Positions 1 through 7,725 of a stretch of 57,486 bases of DNA are shown in pieces. Made by a program: the position numbers and the translations under genes. The stretch comes from Candidatus Aenigmatarchaeota archaeon (GTDB lineage: Archaea; Aenigmatarchaeota; Aenigmatarchaeia; CG10238-14; SCSR01). The stretch lies in the NCBI GenBank assembly GCA_016198705.1, contig JACQIA010000046.1:1-57486 (forward strand), given 5' to 3'. The notes under the pieces are model-generated. The model saw only the letters and a list, made by a program, of their open reading frames with translations, did not search any database and was not told the DNA's origin. Each line of letters opens with the position of its first letter. The stretch's first letter is position 1.

Positions 1-78
1 GCATGCGGTATATCCGAAATAAATCCTCCGATTATCATGAGCAGCTGATTTAAAGATTTTTAAATTTTTGAAATTTTT

Positions 79-549
79 CTAAACACTCAATCCAAATTCT
101 TTCCTTGCAATATCTCTGAGAATTTTTATCAAATTAACCAATTGGCTTTTCTTGACAGCAATAGCCCCGACAGATTTGAACTTGCTGCTTGCCCTTATCA
201 AATGATCATGCTTGGTTTGATTCAATCTGACAAATTCCTCTTCACCTTCGTATCTAGGCTGCTTAAATGTATCAATCCATATCTTGTCCATTTTACCTTG
301 GTCAACTCTACCGACAAATTTATTAGGTCCGACAGAATAGTATATCTTCGCAGGCCCCTTCTCATCATAGTTTATCTTCTTCTCTATCAGCATCCTTTCG
401 CATATCTTGGTTACAGTATGCCGGTTTAGATCTAGTTTTTCGGCTATGTCGTGTATAGTCATTCCTCGAATACTTTCATTCAATACATCAAGAATTCTTC
501 TGGCATTTTTTGTATCGTATTCAACCTCTTTTGTAGTTTTGAACTCCAT
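79..549 (-). CDS. winged-helix DNA-binding protein with uncharacterised C-terminal half
   Basis: 156-aa ORF. The N-terminus (ILDVLNESIRGMTIHDIAEKLDLNRHTVTKICERMLIEKKI) reads as HTH plus wing. Divergent from the 774..1981 gene pair. Confidence 0.55.
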   Translation of the reverse strand: MEFKTTKEVEYDTKNARRILDVLNESIRGMTIHDIAEKLDLNRHTVTKICERMLIEKKINYDEKGPAKIYYSVGPNKFVGRVDQGKMDKIWIDTFKQPRYEGEEEFVRLNQTKHDHLIRASSKFKSVGAIAVKKSQLVNLIKILRDIARKEFGLSV

Positions 550-681
550 TTTATATCACCTTAAACTAACAATTAATATGTAGTTAATTAATGTCTAGCT
601 ATTTAAAGCTTTCCATAGCCCTAATCAGACAAAATAGGCCAGTTTTCCATAATCTCTGCCGTAATTCAGCTTTTTCCATCC

Positions 682-699
682 AACCATCGGAAGTCTACT
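682..699 (+). repeat. left copy of exact 18-bp direct repeat AACCATCGGAAGTCTACT (second copy at 24955..24972)
   Basis: Identical 18-mer read at both positions in the same orientation. This copy sits just upstream of a TATA-like GTTTAAATA. Confidence 0.9.
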
Positions 700-773
700 C
701 CAGTTAAGTTTAAATACCATAGACGAACTATTATTGTATAGATATTAACTATTAAAAATTAGAGGTGATAAAC

Positions 774-1493
774 ATGACTACATTAACTGTATTCCATTGC
801 AGTAAACTGCCTAGTGTTGCTGAGATATGCAACAGACTAAATGGAAAGAAAAATGGTGACAGATGGTTAACTGCCAGACCAAATAAATACAACAGAAACG
901 AGGCCTACATAGCGTACTGGTACTATGAGGATATAGAAGAGGCGATAAAGGGGGCTGGAGATGACGACACTACAGAGATTGTGGGTGTTCTAAAGCAGAA
1001 TGGCAAGGATAGGATATTGAAGAGGGTGTATTGCTACATCTATCTTCTGACTAATACTTTGGAAGTCTACACAGGGGATTATAAGGCTGAGGAGATAGCA
1101 AAAGTCATAGGAGATCTGTTGGGAGCTGACGTTACTCCGATAAAACTAAAGTCTGAGGATTTGCAGAAAATCTATTCGCAGCATTCTGTAGAATTGAAGC
1201 AGGCGATGTTCAAGAACATACATGGACTGATGTATGAAATACTTAGAGGCAGATTGCTGGATAACAATGAAAAGTTCAAACAATATCTCCAGTCATTTCC
1301 AGACTGCCTAAGGGTAATAAGCTTCAGGCCGAAGATACGGTTCCTCAACGGGAATCAAAAATATCAAGTGACAATAAATGGGGATAGAGGGACGATAAGA
1401 CTTTCGAGCAACGGCATATTCAAATACCGCTCCAGATTCGAGATTCGGCAATTGACCTTCCTAGTGGCGGCGACTCTTGGATTGCTCGGGTGA
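774..1493 (+). CDS. hypothetical protein (no recognisable motif)
   Basis: The track ORF 765..1493 starts at GTG. The ATG at 774 lies 5 nt after AGAGGTGAT (Shine-Dalgarno-like). Its stop overlaps the GGTGA preceding the next gene. Confidence 0.6.
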   Translation: MTTLTVFHCSKLPSVAEICNRLNGKKNGDRWLTARPNKYNRNEAYIAYWYYEDIEEAIKGAGDDDTTEIVGVLKQNGKDRILKRVYCYIYLLTNTLEVYTGDYKAEEIAKVIGDLLGADVTPIKLKSEDLQKIYSQHSVELKQAMFKNIHGLMYEILRGRLLDNNEKFKQYLQSFPDCLRVISFRPKIRFLNGNQKYQVTINGDRGTIRLSSNGIFKYRSRFEIRQLTFLVAATLGLLG

Positions 1494-1498
1494 GCAAG

Positions 1499-1981
1499 AT
1501 GAAAAGAAAGACTTTTCTAACCCTACAGAAAAAATTACAAGCTTTACCCCTGCATCATATAGATACTTCAATAATTGGAGAACCATCGATTACTGAAGCA
1601 GGTAGACAATGCAGAAAGTATCTTAATATTGTAGGTTATAATTACAGAGGTAAATTTTCATTGCCTGCATTAGGAGAAGTGTTGCTAAGAATAATCTATC
1701 AATTAAAAATTGCAAATGAAAGATATATTGCTTTAGATGTTATAACAAGCTGGGTAGAAAACAAAAAAATAGGATTTTATGCCCCACGGGATATCGGCGA
1801 AATCCTTGACAAAATTAAACGCATTGATAATAGAGTTAAAGGAACGGATGCACAAATTTTGGCATGTGCTGCTGAGGACAATGCTAAAGCACTTGTGACC
1901 CTTGATACTGCTTTGGTTCACAATGAAACTTTAGAAAAAGAATTTGATATAGAAATTAAACATCCTAGAGAATTAATCTAA
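1499..1981 (+). CDS. PIN-domain-like ribonuclease (VapC-like)
   Basis: HHIDTSIIGE near the N-terminus and GTDAQILACAAEDNAKALVTLDTAL near the C-terminus match the acidic PIN signature positions. The ATG at 1499 lies 6 nt after GGTGA. Translationally coupled to 774..1493. Confidence 0.5.
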   Translation: MKRKTFLTLQKKLQALPLHHIDTSIIGEPSITEAGRQCRKYLNIVGYNYRGKFSLPALGEVLLRIIYQLKIANERYIALDVITSWVENKKIGFYAPRDIGEILDKIKRIDNRVKGTDAQILACAAEDNAKALVTLDTALVHNETLEKEFDIEIKHPRELI

Positions 1982-2077
1982 CCCTAGCTCTTCATCTGCT
2001 TTTTTCATTTTTTCGAATATTTTAAACCTGTCTGCTTTTCTTAAAAGTCGTTCAAGTTTTTTTTGCTTTTCTGTCAT
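1973..2077 (-). CDS. possible 34-aa small protein (MTEKQKKLERLLRKADRFKIFEKMKKADEELGLD)
   Basis: Hand-translated ORF below the track cut-off. Lys/Glu-rich and helical-looking. Overlaps the PIN gene 3' end by 9 nt. Confidence 0.2.
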   Translation of the reverse strand: MTEKQKKLERLLRKADRFKIFEKMKKADEELGLD

Positions 2078-2175
2078 AAATTATTAAAGTCGACACACCT
2101 ATATAAGCTTTTCAACTATGGTAGTGTAAAAGTTGGGAAAAAGAATTTTATGAAAAGGCAATCGGAATGGGGGAA

Positions 2176-2271
2176 TTAAGAAAATTTATTTCTTGATTTT
2201 AATCTTTTTGATATTCTACTAATAAGTTTATTCATATCCACATCTATTTGCGATTTTTCATTTCTATCCAT
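2176..2271 (-). CDS. possible 31-aa small protein (MDRNEKSQIDVDMNKLISRISKRLKSRNKFS)
   Basis: Hand-translated ORF below the track cut-off. Confidence 0.2.
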   Translation of the reverse strand: MDRNEKSQIDVDMNKLISRISKRLKSRNKFS

Positions 2272-2362
2272 TTTTACCACATATCTTATGTTTGGTTACA
2301 ATTATTTAAATCGTTATGAGTCGGTAAAAGCTTTAGAGAAAATATAACTACACCCTAAAGAT

Positions 2363-2467
2363 CTATAGTTTCTTGTAATTTACTTTATCCATAATATGCC
2401 TACGTCTGGCTTCTTTTACCAATCTATCTAATTCTGGAACATCGAACAATTTCTTATCCAGTTTCAT
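2363..2467 (-). CDS. possible 34-aa small protein (MKLDKKLFDVPELDRLVKEARRRHIMDKVNYKKL)
   Basis: Its ATG overlaps the TGA of the upstream 57-aa ORF (ATGA junction), which suggests translational coupling. Confidence 0.3.
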   Translation of the reverse strand: MKLDKKLFDVPELDRLVKEARRRHIMDKVNYKKL

Positions 2468-2637
2468 AAATAATACCTTAATATTTTTTTCTTAACAGAT
2501 GTCAAAACTTTACTTTTTCTTTTATCTCTTTTTGCCGGTTCTGGTTTTAAATAAGGCACAACAGCTTCTAAATGTTTTATTCTGCTATCTATAGCTTCTT
2601 TTATTGCTTCCCTCTCTTCTTTTGTTAATAGCGACAT
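2464..2637 (-). CDS. possible 57-aa small protein (MSLLTKEEREAIKEAIDSRIKHLEAVVPYLKPEPAKRDKRKSKVLTSVKKKILRYYL)
   Basis: Hand-translated ORF just under the 60-aa track cut-off. An AT-rich TATA-like stretch lies upstream on the minus strand. ATGA-coupled to 2363..2467. Confidence 0.35.
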   Translation of the reverse strand: MSLLTKEEREAIKEAIDSRIKHLEAVVPYLKPEPAKRDKRKSKVLTSVKKKILRYYL

Positions 2638-2854
2638 AAAATCAGCAATTAATTAATCTTTTTTAAATACTTAAATTTTAGGGTATGTAAAGCGTGTCTA
2701 AGAATTCTCAATAACAATTGTTCTTAGATAAATCTCGATATGATTAAGAAAATCAAGGCCGTAGACATGAGTTTGAGAGCTTGGTGTGCATATTTTTCGC
2801 TAAATTCATTTAAAACTTCTAGCTTTGAAATCTAATAAGATGGAAGGCAAAGTA

Positions 2855-2864
2855 AAAATTTATA
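2855..2864 (+). promoter_or_regulatory. TATA-box-like element (AAAATTTATA) 24-33 nt upstream of the ATG at 2888, implying a leaderless mRNA
   Basis: Sequence and spacing fit an archaeal TATA box. No SD precedes the ATG. Confidence 0.4.
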
Positions 2865-2887
2865 CCTTCTAAAGCAAATTCTAAGTA

Positions 2888-3406
2888 ATGGTATCTCTAA
2901 AGAAGACTATAGAGAAGAGCTTGAGAGAGAATGTTCCTTTATCCAAGATTAAGAGAGACTTACGGGAAGGGGGGTATAAGAGCGAGGATATAACCAAAGC
3001 TGTCAGGGAAGTTATTGCTGGTATAGATAACAAGTCTAAAACAATTTTGCCAGTGCTGGTTGTCTTATCAATAATTTTGGCTGTATCCATTGTTTATTTT
3101 GCATATTCGCCTACACAACAATATGCAGATATGTGCAGCAAATTTACAAAGGTTGAGGGGGAGGTAAGCTGTGAGGAAGCTATTGACATAGTGACATCTA
3201 AATATGCGGGCAAAGTGCAAGAAATATTTCAAGGAAGCAATTATCGTCCCGCTAACACAACTCAAGAAGGTAAAGATATCTGGAGAATTGAGATAAAATT
3301 AGATAATCCTGTTGAGCAGAAAGGAGATATCCTCAATGGAGTTGGAGTTTTTCTAGACAGGAAAACCGGTGAGGAACTACGAAGCAGGTATGAGAAAGCT
3401 ATATGA
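2888..3406 (+). CDS. membrane-anchored PepSY-like domain protein
   Basis: Central TM segment (ILPVLVVLSIILAVSIVYFAY). The C-terminal region (CEEAIDIVTSKYAGKVQEI...WRIEIKLD...VFLDRKTGEEL) follows the PepSY pattern. Confidence 0.55.
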   Translation: MVSLKKTIEKSLRENVPLSKIKRDLREGGYKSEDITKAVREVIAGIDNKSKTILPVLVVLSIILAVSIVYFAYSPTQQYADMCSKFTKVEGEVSCEEAIDIVTSKYAGKVQEIFQGSNYRPANTTQEGKDIWRIEIKLDNPVEQKGDILNGVGVFLDRKTGEELRSRYEKAI

Positions 3407-3414
3407 GTTGATTA

Positions 3415-5430
3415 ATGATGAAGGCAAGCTTTAAAATAAAAAGAAATCTCATTTATGGTGAAGTAGTAGTATTCATTGCAGTAATTTCGCTTTTTGTAAT
3501 TTTCGCACAGTATGCTAAAGCTGATCATGGCGGATATTGTTTTGGTTGTGATACATGTGGGGCTGGGTTTGAATATTGCTCTGATTTCGAAATTGGTGAC
3601 TGGTGTGAGCCGAATGATAATTGTCCTGTTACATCTAGTACGACATCTAGCAGCATATCGACAAGTAGCATTTCTACGACTTCTAGTAGCATATCGACGA
3701 CGAGCAGCAGTGTAAGTACGACATCTAGCAGCATATCGACAAGTAGTACAACTATACCTGCATGCAACTTATGTAATATTCAAAGCTTAAGCTGCCCTGC
3801 TTCTGTGCAAACGGGAAGTAGCTTTACGATATCATTCCAGTTTTATGGAACCGGCCCTACGTATCCTTATGAACACCGCTCTCTATGGCTGAGTGGGAGC
3901 AGACAGCAATGTAATTATGGGGCTGATTGGAATAATTGTGCGTGGAACTCTGACTCATTTTTTGTTACAGCGCCTGCAACAGCAGGGACGTATACATATA
4001 GTGTGAAATGTTATGGTGCGACAGGTGTAAGTTCAGCGAATTGTGATTTGGCAGATTCTACTGCGTCGTGCAGTGTGTCAGTTACTGCACCTGCAACTAC
4101 AAGTACAACATCTACGACTAGCACTACATCTACCACAAGTACTTCCACCACATCTACCACATCAACGACATCTACAAGTACCACATCTACTACTTCGACA
4201 ACTAGTACGACAATAATAAATACATGTCCAACCCCTGCTGGAGTCTTTTGCACTTACGATGCATTAAACAACATAATCAGACTTGATTGGAGTGCTGTTA
4301 CAGGGGCGAATACGTATTTGATGGAATGGGCTAGATCGGATTTAGCATACGGAGATACGACAGATACAACAGGCGGAACGACATGCACTGTTCCTACTGA
4401 CGGTTGCTCTATTTCTCAAACAGCAGGTAGGACATGGGGTATATTAACAGGAACCTGGTACAAGCTTCATGTGAGGGTTCAGAGCGACGGCGTTACATGT
4501 ACTGCACCCGGCGGTTGGAGTTCTGACGTTCAGTGCTATACTGGCAGTTGTGACATGAGCCCGACGCCACCTTCCCGCAGTTTCGGTATAGGCCCGTGCA
4601 CTGCGACTGTGACCGCTGATGCCAAAGATGAGACAGACGGAAGCGGAGGCTTGTATAAAATTGTTTCGGAGGGCGCCAAGGCGTACACTTACTGGTTTGA
4701 TGACAACCCTGCTGCAACAGATTGCGATAAAGACCTTGAAGTTACTAATGTATACGAGCCTGAGCCGGATCCAATTTGCCCCAGCACGCAGCTCGACCAA
4801 GCATGCATCAGAAGCGGCGTAAATTCAAAGAGCGCAACCCATGATTTGACAGGGGGCTTTTCTTTAACATCTACATGCCCATTTACTTATCCTAGCGGAA
4901 CCTGCGTTACATCCATTCTAAACAGCAGGCGAAGGTTAGGGGACCCGCCATTTGATCAAATTTTAGACTTCAGCTGGTGTGGTGATGGAGAGGTTGAGTG
5001 TGGGGAGGTGTGTGACACTAATGATCCACTAACAAAGACTCAACCATGTTTTCTCAATGGCCAGCCAGGAACCAAAACTTGTTTAGGTACTTGTGCTGGA
5101 TACGGTTCGTGTGTCACAACTGTTTGTAATGCAAATAACAACTGCGATAATAATTATTGCTGCAGAAAAGATGCAAGTGGGCCTAGTACTACAGATGGTA
5201 CATGCGTAGCAAAAGGAATTGACCCAGGTCCGTCTCCGAATCCTGCATATTTATGTGATCCTGGAACGTGGATTAAGTGTGATGAAAATAGTGTTGGTAA
5301 TGTGCAGACATATGAAAAAGATAGCTGGAAATGTATACAAGAAAACGGTATTTATAGATGGGTAGAAACAACGAATCTTAATTCCATGCTATTTAGCGCC
5401 ATTGTCTTTATTACTTTTATATTGTTATGA
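3415..5430 (+). CDS. large Cys-rich cell-surface protein with Ser/Thr linkers and C-terminal membrane anchor
   Basis: N-terminal hydrophobic signal/anchor and two S/T low-complexity linkers. An FN3-like motif (LDWSAVTGANTYLMEW) and a Cys-rich repeat (CGDGEVECGEVCD) are present. Hydrophobic C-terminus (MLFSAIVFITFILL). Confidence 0.75.
   Translation: MMKASFKIKRNLIYGEVVVFIAVISLFVIFAQYAKADHGGYCFGCDTCGAGFEYCSDFEIGDWCEPNDNCPVTSSTTSSSISTSSISTTSSSISTTSSSVSTTSSSISTSSTTIPACNLCNIQSLSCPASVQTGSSFTISFQFYGTGPTYPYEHRSLWLSGSRQQCNYGADWNNCAWNSDSFFVTAPATAGTYTYSVKCYGATGVSSANCDLADSTASCSVSVTAPATTSTTSTTSTTSTTSTSTTSTTSTTSTSTTSTTSTTSTTIINTCPTPAGVFCTYDALNNIIRLDWSAVTGANTYLMEWARSDLAYGDTTDTTGGTTCTVPTDGCSISQTAGRTWGILTGTWYKLHVRVQSDGVTCTAPGGWSSDVQCYTGSCDMSPTPPSRSFGIGPCTATVTADAKDETDGSGGLYKIVSEGAKAYTYWFDDNPAATDCDKDLEVTNVYEPEPDPICPSTQLDQACIRSGVNSKSATHDLTGGFSLTSTCPFTYPSGTCVTSILNSRRRLGDPPFDQILDFSWCGDGEVECGEVCDTNDPLTKTQPCFLNGQPGTKTCLGTCAGYGSCVTTVCNANNNCDNNYCCRKDASGPSTTDGTCVAKGIDPGPSPNPAYLCDPGTWIKCDENSVGNVQTYEKDSWKCIQENGIYRWVETTNLNSMLFSAIVFITFILL
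3631..3753 (+). repeat. coding Ser-rich low-complexity repeat (TSSTTSSSISTSSISTTSSSISTTSSSVSTTSSSISTSS)
   Basis: Imperfect tandem repeats of about 27 nt (agcagcatatcgac...). Confidence 0.9.
4096..4212 (+). repeat. coding Thr/Ser linker repeat (TTS/TST)n
   Basis: 39 consecutive T/S codons. Contains a 30-nt segment (4183..4212) that is nearly identical to 23002..23031. Confidence 0.9.
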
Positions 5431-6531
5431 CTAGCGGATATACTGATCTCCTAACAGCTCCTCAATAGGTCTGGTTAAGCGTATGTCATTATTTCTTATT
5501 CCAGGTCCTAATACACTAAATACGTAGCCTAAATCTAGGTCCAATGTTCTTTCGTATGCTCTTCTTATATCATGTACACTAATGGGTTCAGGATTAGGTG
5601 CTGACTGTGATTGTTGCCATTGGTCTAATCTTGATTTATACATCTGCTTTAATAATACGAGTGCTGTTTGATTTTTTTCTACAGTGAGACCTCTTTGTTC
5701 TAACAACATGAAAAATAAATCACCCGTGTTCCAAGCGTTCGCTAAAACTGGGTTAGATTTATATATCTCCCAGATATCTGTACCGGTGGATATTTTTTTA
5801 AGTATATTATTTTCTATTACTAATCGACCTCCACAATAAAGACCCTTTTCCACTCCTCTTTGTTCAGTTATGCGAGTCATTAATGGGTTTTCTTCACATC
5901 TCTGATATACAGACCCATTTTGTACAGGTGAAGATTTTGCTCCATATAATGTCTGAGAATAATTGGCCAATCCTTCAGCGTACCATCTTTCTGATGTATC
6001 AAATAAATTAGCTTGCAAAATATGTGCGACTTCGTGTTCCCAAACTCCGGGTTCTGCCCATTGCAATACCATTTCAACCTCTTTCCTATCTTTGAGATTG
6101 ATACTAGTGAAGGGCTTGTAGCCAAAAGTATCCTCATCTAAAACATCTAAATTATGCACATGCGCGCTCTTCATTTCTTCTAGAATGGAATTATATTCTT
6201 CTTCGGTACAAGGCGGACATATTAATGCGACCCTAATAAGACCATTACTACTTTGAAAATAATCTTTAGGTACTTCAACCGTAGCCTTAGGTTCAGCAAT
6301 CTTATCAACAGGCCTACTCACAGGAGCATGATTATTGTATCTTTGAATTAAATACTCACCACCCTTATAGGCACCAAATCCAACACCAGCAAGTGTTAAT
6401 AAAACCATCAAACCCCTAACCCATGGCACCCCTCTTTTAGGCGTCTGATATTCTGGTGCAACAATGCCTGTCTGTTCGCTAGTTATTTCTCTGGTGTGCC
6501 TAGCAAATGGAAAAATATTCCTGTAGTTCAT
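5431..6531 (-). CDS. membrane-anchored zinc metallopeptidase (HEXXH, Peptidase_MA-like)
   Basis: N-terminal TM segment (LMVLLTLAGVGFGAY). WEHEVAHILQ (HEXXH) is followed by WYAEGLANY, which resembles the gluzincin third-ligand motif. Confidence 0.6.
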   Translation of the reverse strand: MNYRNIFPFARHTREITSEQTGIVAPEYQTPKRGVPWVRGLMVLLTLAGVGFGAYKGGEYLIQRYNNHAPVSRPVDKIAEPKATVEVPKDYFQSSNGLIRVALICPPCTEEEYNSILEEMKSAHVHNLDVLDEDTFGYKPFTSINLKDRKEVEMVLQWAEPGVWEHEVAHILQANLFDTSERWYAEGLANYSQTLYGAKSSPVQNGSVYQRCEENPLMTRITEQRGVEKGLYCGGRLVIENNILKKISTGTDIWEIYKSNPVLANAWNTGDLFFMLLEQRGLTVEKNQTALVLLKQMYKSRLDQWQQSQSAPNPEPISVHDIRRAYERTLDLDLGYVFSVLGPGIRNNDIRLTRPIEELLGDQYIR

Positions 6532-6550
6532 TTATACCAACAGTTAAACC

Positions 6551-6605
6551 TTACCTAGGCAGTATATAAAGATTTGTATACTGTTGTCACTGAATGGTTA
6601 AGAAA
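6551..6605 (+). repeat. copy R1 of a ~55-bp intergenic element; core CAGTATA-N10-TATACTG inverted repeat
   Basis: ttacctaggCAGTATATAAAGATTTGTATACTGTTGtcactgaatggttaagaaat aligns with 7672..7725. The core aligns with 8415..8442. Confidence 0.9.
6563..6570 (-). promoter_or_regulatory. TATA box (TTTATATA on the minus strand) about 32 nt upstream of the ATG at 6531
   Basis: Consensus archaeal TATA sequence embedded in repeat R1. The spacing fits a leaderless transcript. Confidence 0.45.
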
Positions 6606-6609
6606 TATC

Positions 6610-6996
6610 TTATTTCACATATTTTTTAACCCATTCCACAAAGCGTGTAGCATCTCTCAAGAAATTTCCCGCCTCCTCCTTTTTAACTACCTTCCCAGAA
6701 TATCCTACCTCTGATCTCGAGCTTAATGCACTATGTAAAATGCTTCTCATAGAACTGTCTTGTATTTTCCTTACAGTCTCCACATGCATGTCTATAGCTT
6801 CTTTATGGTCCATGCTAGCTCTTTTTCCTAAAAAAAATACTGTTAAAGCATCATTAGCATTAATTATTGCCTGTATCGCAACAAAAGACGCCACATTAGA
6901 TTTTGCTTGTTGAAATGCTATTTTTGCAATCGCTAAAAATTCCTCAGCCTTGTTCAGGTATTTCATAGCTTCTTCACGCTTCTCCTCTTTAACCAT
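6610..6996 (-). CDS. HEPN-domain protein (toxin of a HEPN-MNT pair)
   Basis: 128-aa helical protein with an R-x4-H motif (RASMDH). Overlaps the upstream MNT gene by 8 nt. Confidence 0.7.
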   Translation of the reverse strand: MVKEEKREEAMKYLNKAEEFLAIAKIAFQQAKSNVASFVAIQAIINANDALTVFFLGKRASMDHKEAIDMHVETVRKIQDSSMRSILHSALSSRSEVGYSGKVVKKEEAGNFLRDATRFVEWVKKYVK

Positions 6997-7588
6997 GCCT
7001 TATTCCCTCCAAGGATTTCCCGTATAATGTTTTACCCTCATCTTGAACCCTTAGTATAAAACTGTCATATTTGTTTAACATCTCTATAACTTCATTTTTT
7101 GATAAGATTATCGGTGATATTAGTATCTCTTGTTCCAAATATTTTTCTATTAATTTTCCAATGTTCGCTTTCACGATGTGATATTTGCTTTTGTATACAA
7201 TAAGAATGTCTATGTCGCTCAATTCTGTAATTTTTCCTGTTGCTACTGAACCAAACAATACTATAGATAAAATATCCGATTTCTCTATTTTTTTCGCAAC
7301 TTCTTTCGCTTTTTCAAACAGTAGTGTTCTTTCGGATTCGAAAATTTCTACCGTTTTTTTAACTATTAAGTTGTTAGAATTCAATTGATAGAGAATTGAT
7401 TTGCCAACTCTTCTAGATAAAAGAGCTCTATTGTTAACCAGCGATTTGAGAACAGGGTTTATAGTTCCTGTAGATAGATTGAAAGTCTTTTTTATTTCAT
7501 AAAGGGTAAACTCTCTATTCGGATTGTCATAAAATATTCTTAACAACTTAACCTTCGATTTCGAGCCTAATATATTTTCAACTAGCAT
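6989..7588 (-). CDS. minimal nucleotidyltransferase (MNT) fused to an N-terminal wHTH
   Basis: LFGSVATGKITELSDIDILIV matches the GS-x9-11-DxD NTase signature. The N-terminal ~90 aa are wHTH-like (FTLYEIKKTFNLSTGTINPVLKSLV). Confidence 0.75.
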   Translation of the reverse strand: MLVENILGSKSKVKLLRIFYDNPNREFTLYEIKKTFNLSTGTINPVLKSLVNNRALLSRRVGKSILYQLNSNNLIVKKTVEIFESERTLLFEKAKEVAKKIEKSDILSIVLFGSVATGKITELSDIDILIVYKSKYHIVKANIGKLIEKYLEQEILISPIILSKNEVIEMLNKYDSFILRVQDEGKTLYGKSLEGIRHG

Positions 7589-7671
7589 GATTATTTACTT
7601 AGCGTGGATATTTATAAATATATCGGTTTTTACTTCAATATGTTTATTTTTCCGATATATTTTAGATATGA

Positions 7672-7725
7672 TTACCCCAGCAGTATATAAAGATTTGTAT
7701 AATATTGCACTAGATGGTTAGGAAA
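7672..7725 (+). repeat. copy R2 of the ~55-bp element (right inverted-repeat arm degenerate)
   Basis: ttaccccagCAGTATATAAAGATTTGTATAATATTGcactagatggttaggaaat. Overlaps the last codons of 7718..8020. Confidence 0.9.

Noticed and set aside
1-38. Possible 5' end of a minus-strand gene running off the left edge (ATGATAATCGGAGGATTT...)
   Set aside because: Only about 12 codons are visible, which is too short to support any call.
142-429. Plus-strand ORF 142..429
   Set aside because: It is entirely antisense to the wHTH gene 79..549, has no start context and has hydrophobic, shadow-like composition.
3525-4253. Antisense ORFs 3525..3767 and 4011..4253 (Val/Asp/Leu-rich, e.g. VVDVVLVDVV)
   Set aside because: They are mirror images of the Ser/Thr codon repeats (ACN/AGY read in reverse gives GTN/GAN). 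They lie wholly inside a well-supported surface-protein gene.
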